Part shown: piece by piece, positions 60,719 to 64,000 of the stretch
Layout of the letters: each line of letters opens with the position of its first letter
Numbering within the stretch: position 1 is the first letter of the stretch
Assembly (NCBI GenBank): GCA_048940645.1
Contig: JBHLOI010000007.1
Span: forward strand, 47,077-111,076
Length of the DNA stretch: 64,000 bases
From: Promethearchaeota archaeon
Lineage (GTDB): Archaea; Asgardarchaeota; Lokiarchaeia; Sigyniarchaeales; SOKP01
Direction: 5' to 3'
Program-made: the position numbers and the translations under genes
Notes under the pieces: model-generated
Database searches by the model: none
Seen by the model: only the letters and a program-made list of their open reading frames with translations
What the model was told of the DNA's origin: nothing

Positions 60719-63700
60719 TTTTGGGCACCTCCATAGCTTTATATCTGAAGAATTGCTCCATCTTTGAATCTATTTGTTTTAGCAATTGAATAGAATTGTT
60801 ACCGATTACGTTTTCTATTTTATAAAATAAATCATTTACATTTAAGTTGGTAAAGATTGAAAAATTTGTTCCAACTTTATTTTCTAAAACTTTTTCGATG
60901 CCTTCAATAGATTCAAGTGATTCTATGGCATTTTCAATGTGTTTGTAAAATTGTATCTCCACTGAGCGTCCCTTCCCGGGTAATTGATCTAACAGTTCTT
61001 TTGGCTTTCCAAAATCAATCATTCCCCGTTTCCTCCCAAAAATTGCTACATCATTACAAAAACGCGATTCTTCTGGATAGTGTGTGATAACTATTAGTGT
61101 GGTTTTAAATTGCTCATTAATTTTTGTAAGTGTTAACCATAAGCTCTCTCTTATTATTGGATCTAATCCAGAAGTTGGTTCATCTAAAATAAGAAAAATT
61201 GGTGAATGAATCAAACCAACAGCAATACTTACTCGTCTTTTTTCTCCCCCAGATAAATTTTTTACTAATTCATACATCTTATTTTCAATATCTAAGCTTC
61301 TCAATATCCTTTTAGATTTGCTTATTATCTCTTTTTCAGTTAATCCATACTGATTCCCAAAGTATAATAAATTTTCTATAGTGGTGAAATCATGATAAAG
61401 TTTTCCCAAATCTTGAGGTACATAACCATAAATAGGTCTTATTCTTTTTGCTGTTCTCTTACTCATGTTCATTCCATAAATTTGACAAAATCCTGTTATT
61501 TTTCTCATACCTAGTAAGCCCTTTATAAATGTTGACTTTCCAGCCCCACTTTCTCCTAGAATGCCTAGAATTTTACCATGCGATATACTCATTGATACTG
61601 AATCAACTATCAATGTCCCACCAGCATACACACTAAAATTTTCACAGTTTATCGCAGGAAATTGTTGCAGGTATGATGGAGTTAACTTCTCTCCTATTCC
61701 AAATAATAACTTTATCCTCTGTGGAATAGAAAGTCTCTGATATAATTTCAATAAAATAAATAATCCTAAACCTATAAGCTCTACAATAAGAATATAAGAT
61801 AACATCTCATTCCATGGTTTAGAATCAAAAGCCTGATCATATTTTAATTCATCGACTATGACTATTCCATAAGCAGCATTTCTTAAATCTCCGCCAAAAC
61901 CTGGATTATCTCCAAAACCTCCAGTTGTTTCACTAATACATTCTCTATACCAATTTAATGCTCCTTTTATATCTTCTGGCTGATATTGATAATCATAGAG
62001 AGCCTTAGATGCTAAATATGTAACTAAAAATGTTGATGGTAATTCTATATATTGACCTATAGCGGGTAATAATGAAAAACTTCCATCACGCATTTGCGCA
62101 AGCTTTAAGAATTCTATTACAGCAATCTTAGACATTGGTTCAGAAGAAAAAAATTGGTTAAATATTTCAAGACCAAAATATGTAGAGATTATATCACTAT
62201 GGAAACCTATAAAAATTGAAAACCCTCCATCTGGATTTTGACATGATTTTATCCAATGTGAAAGATTGTTCCGATCAATTAAATGACTGCTCTGAAGTAT
62301 ATCAAGCGAAATTAATGCCCAATATGTACTTTCAACTGTAGAAACATTTGTATTGATTAAATTTAGGAAAAAGTTATAATATGGACCAAATAGGGAAAGT
62401 AAAAAATCAATATCATTTCCGACTCTAAAACCTCCATCAGGATTTTGGAGACCTACTAAATAAGTTGTGGTTTTTGAAATATTTTGCTCGTAAAATTGAT
62501 TTAACTCATACGGATCAATAAAATTGATTATATTCAGGGCACAATACGTTGAAAAAAGAGTAGAATTTAAATCCGGTCTTGAACCAAAACCACCATCCTC
62601 TATATTATAACAATTATAAACATAAGTTAATATATTATCGGCCTGTGTGTCATTATCAAATAAATTTTCAGGATTATAATTCCTTAATGCTAAAACTCCA
62701 AAATAATTAGATTCCAGGGTTATATGACCAAATAACGAATTTAACGCTTGGTGATCATGCAACCAGTTATAATAATTAAGTTTTATTTGATTTATCCTAT
62801 TTTCAATAGTGGGGGTAAAGTTATATGATTTTTCTAAAATTGATAAGGCTTTCATTGCAGCCCAACCATAATTAAAATCTGAAGCTGTTGCAAAAACTGG
62901 ATGCTGGCCAAAACCTCCGTCTGGATTACTACAATTTAAAATGAAATCGAGAGTACTATTTTCATTGAACCAGAGCTTTGTTAAATTCCATAAATTCAAT
63001 AAATCCAATGATGCCAAGCAGTAAAATGTAGATTCAATATCTGATATAACCCCTAGGTTACTTCTAAAACCACTATCTATATTATATAATGAGCTGATAT
63101 ATGTTGATAATGCTATTTCTTTTATAGTATCATAAGTCATGTTCATGCCGATATAAGCTTTGATTCCGTGATAAGTGGTTTCGGGAGTGGGTATTAAGGA
63201 GAAATCAGTTAAAGAATACCCCCCTGTTATTACCCATGTAGAATTTATATATTTACTTATATTTTCATTATTTAAAATCGAAATTCCCGAAAGTATTTGG
63301 GCTAATTCAATCGCATAAGACGTTGAGATGATATCCGAATAATTCAAAACGGGAACAACTCTAAATCCCCATCCATTTCCATTCAATGAGTCATTTAGAT
63401 AATTAATAATTTCTGTTGTTTTATTTTCCATTATTTTACGATTAAGATAAGTTTTATTTGCCACCTCAATTGTTTTTATTGCTTCATAGGTAGAAATCAT
63501 GTTACCCAAGCCACCTATATCGGAATAGGCTCCATTAATGTTTTGCTTTTCAAATATGTAGTCGAAAAAGAAATTTGGGGCCAGTTTTTTAATTAAATCA
63601 TTTCTTAAATTGTTGGGATCTATTAAACGGGAATCTGTATTACTCACATGCGTGAAATTAATAGAATCAATAGCTCTAAAATTTGTATCTAGGTTTGGTT

Positions 63701-63905
63701 CTAAGAATAAGCCATCATCATTTTGATGGGATTTGGTAAAATAGGCAGCATTTCTTTTGACATATTGCACACTATTTTCATCAATATAAGAAATAAAGCG
63801 AGTATTTACAAGAATTAAGGTTAAGATTGGAGTTCCAATAAGAAGAAATAAGATAATAAAATTTTTTAATCTCCTTTTACCCGTTCGGCTCAGCTTTATA
63901 ATCAA
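60705..63905 (-). CDS. 2-TM protein: extracellular double prenyltransferase-type alpha/alpha barrel fused to a cytoplasmic ABC ATPase
   Basis: ~12 QNxDGGF-type repeats between two TM helices; GESGAGKS, VPQ, LSGGE, LILDEPTSGLDP, ITH; SD GGAGGTG upstream. Confidence 0.85.
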   Translation of the reverse strand: MIIKLSRTGKRRLKNFIILFLLIGTPILTLILVNTRFISYIDENSVQYVKRNAAYFTKSHQNDDGLFLEPNLDTNFRAIDSINFTHVSNTDSRLIDPNNLRNDLIKKLAPNFFFDYIFEKQNINGAYSDIGGLGNMISTYEAIKTIEVANKTYLNRKIMENKTTEIINYLNDSLNGNGWGFRVVPVLNYSDIISTSYAIELAQILSGISILNNENISKYINSTWVITGGYSLTDFSLIPTPETTYHGIKAYIGMNMTYDTIKEIALSTYISSLYNIDSGFRSNLGVISDIESTFYCLASLDLLNLWNLTKLWFNENSTLDFILNCSNPDGGFGQHPVFATASDFNYGWAAMKALSILEKSYNFTPTIENRINQIKLNYYNWLHDHQALNSLFGHITLESNYFGVLALRNYNPENLFDNDTQADNILTYVYNCYNIEDGGFGSRPDLNSTLFSTYCALNIINFIDPYELNQFYEQNISKTTTYLVGLQNPDGGFRVGNDIDFLLSLFGPYYNFFLNLINTNVSTVESTYWALISLDILQSSHLIDRNNLSHWIKSCQNPDGGFSIFIGFHSDIISTYFGLEIFNQFFSSEPMSKIAVIEFLKLAQMRDGSFSLLPAIGQYIELPSTFLVTYLASKALYDYQYQPEDIKGALNWYRECISETTGGFGDNPGFGGDLRNAAYGIVIVDELKYDQAFDSKPWNEMLSYILIVELIGLGLFILLKLYQRLSIPQRIKLLFGIGEKLTPSYLQQFPAINCENFSVYAGGTLIVDSVSMSISHGKILGILGESGAGKSTFIKGLLGMRKITGFCQIYGMNMSKRTAKRIRPIYGYVPQDLGKLYHDFTTIENLLYFGNQYGLTEKEIISKSKRILRSLDIENKMYELVKNLSGGEKRRVSIAVGLIHSPIFLILDEPTSGLDPIIRESLWLTLTKINEQFKTTLIVITHYPEESRFCNDVAIFGRKRGMIDFGKPKELLDQLPGKGRSVEIQFYKHIENAIESLESIEGIEKVLENKVGTNFSIFTNLNVNDLFYKIENVIGNNSIQLLKQIDSKMEQFFRYKAMEVPKIEEL

Positions 63906-63921
63906 TCAACACCTCCTATTT

Positions 63922-64000
63922 TCAATTTAAAGTTTTTTCTTTCTCCTCTTCTTCTTGAATCCTAATTTGAAAGAATCTCCTAAAACTGGCTATATCCCTG
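63922..64000 (-). CDS. 3' end of an upstream operon gene (possibly another ABC-ATPase-type C-terminus)
   Basis: ...RDIASFRRFFQIRIQEEEEKEKTLN*, stop 16 nt before the next start. Confidence 0.55.
   Translation of the reverse strand, partial: RDIASFRRFFQIRIQEEEEKEKTLN

Noticed and set aside
60705-63905. Squalene-hopene cyclase or true protein prenyltransferase activity
   Set aside because: No DxDD motif, no D-x-C...H zinc site, no alpha subunit nearby, and the domain is predicted to be extracellular.
1-64000. CRISPR arrays, IS/transposases, integrases, rRNA
   Set aside because: No spaced direct repeats, transposase or integrase motifs, tRNA-end duplications or long GC-rich RNA segments were seen.

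Overview
AT-rich archaeal chromosome segment, most consistent with Asgard archaea of the Lokiarchaeia type. The evidence is an HMf-fold histone, SRP19, rpS8e, proteasome beta, archaeal GluRS, Hef, intron-containing tRNAs, and roadblock, longin, UBC-like, PCI-like and JAMM domains. About 57 supportable full-length CDS, plus small or partial ORFs, three gene remnants and two tRNAs with non-canonical introns (Arg-GCG with two, Pro-GGG with one). I saw no CRISPR, rRNA or transposase. The most striking element is a minus-strand operon at the right end (58182-64000, continuing beyond the window). It encodes (i) a 2-TM protein with an extracellular double prenyltransferase-type (alpha/alpha) barrel fused to an intact cytoplasmic ABC ATPase, (ii) a catalytically dead ABC ATPase fused to UBC/RWD-like domains, and (iii) a longin domain fused to 4 TM helices. 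Nearby (42.7-49.8 kb) are two more prenyltransferase-fold proteins, one a 1468-aa coiled-coil/PCI membrane-anchored protein, flanking a surface C13-type peptidase. All calls come from reading motifs by eye; no database searches were run.
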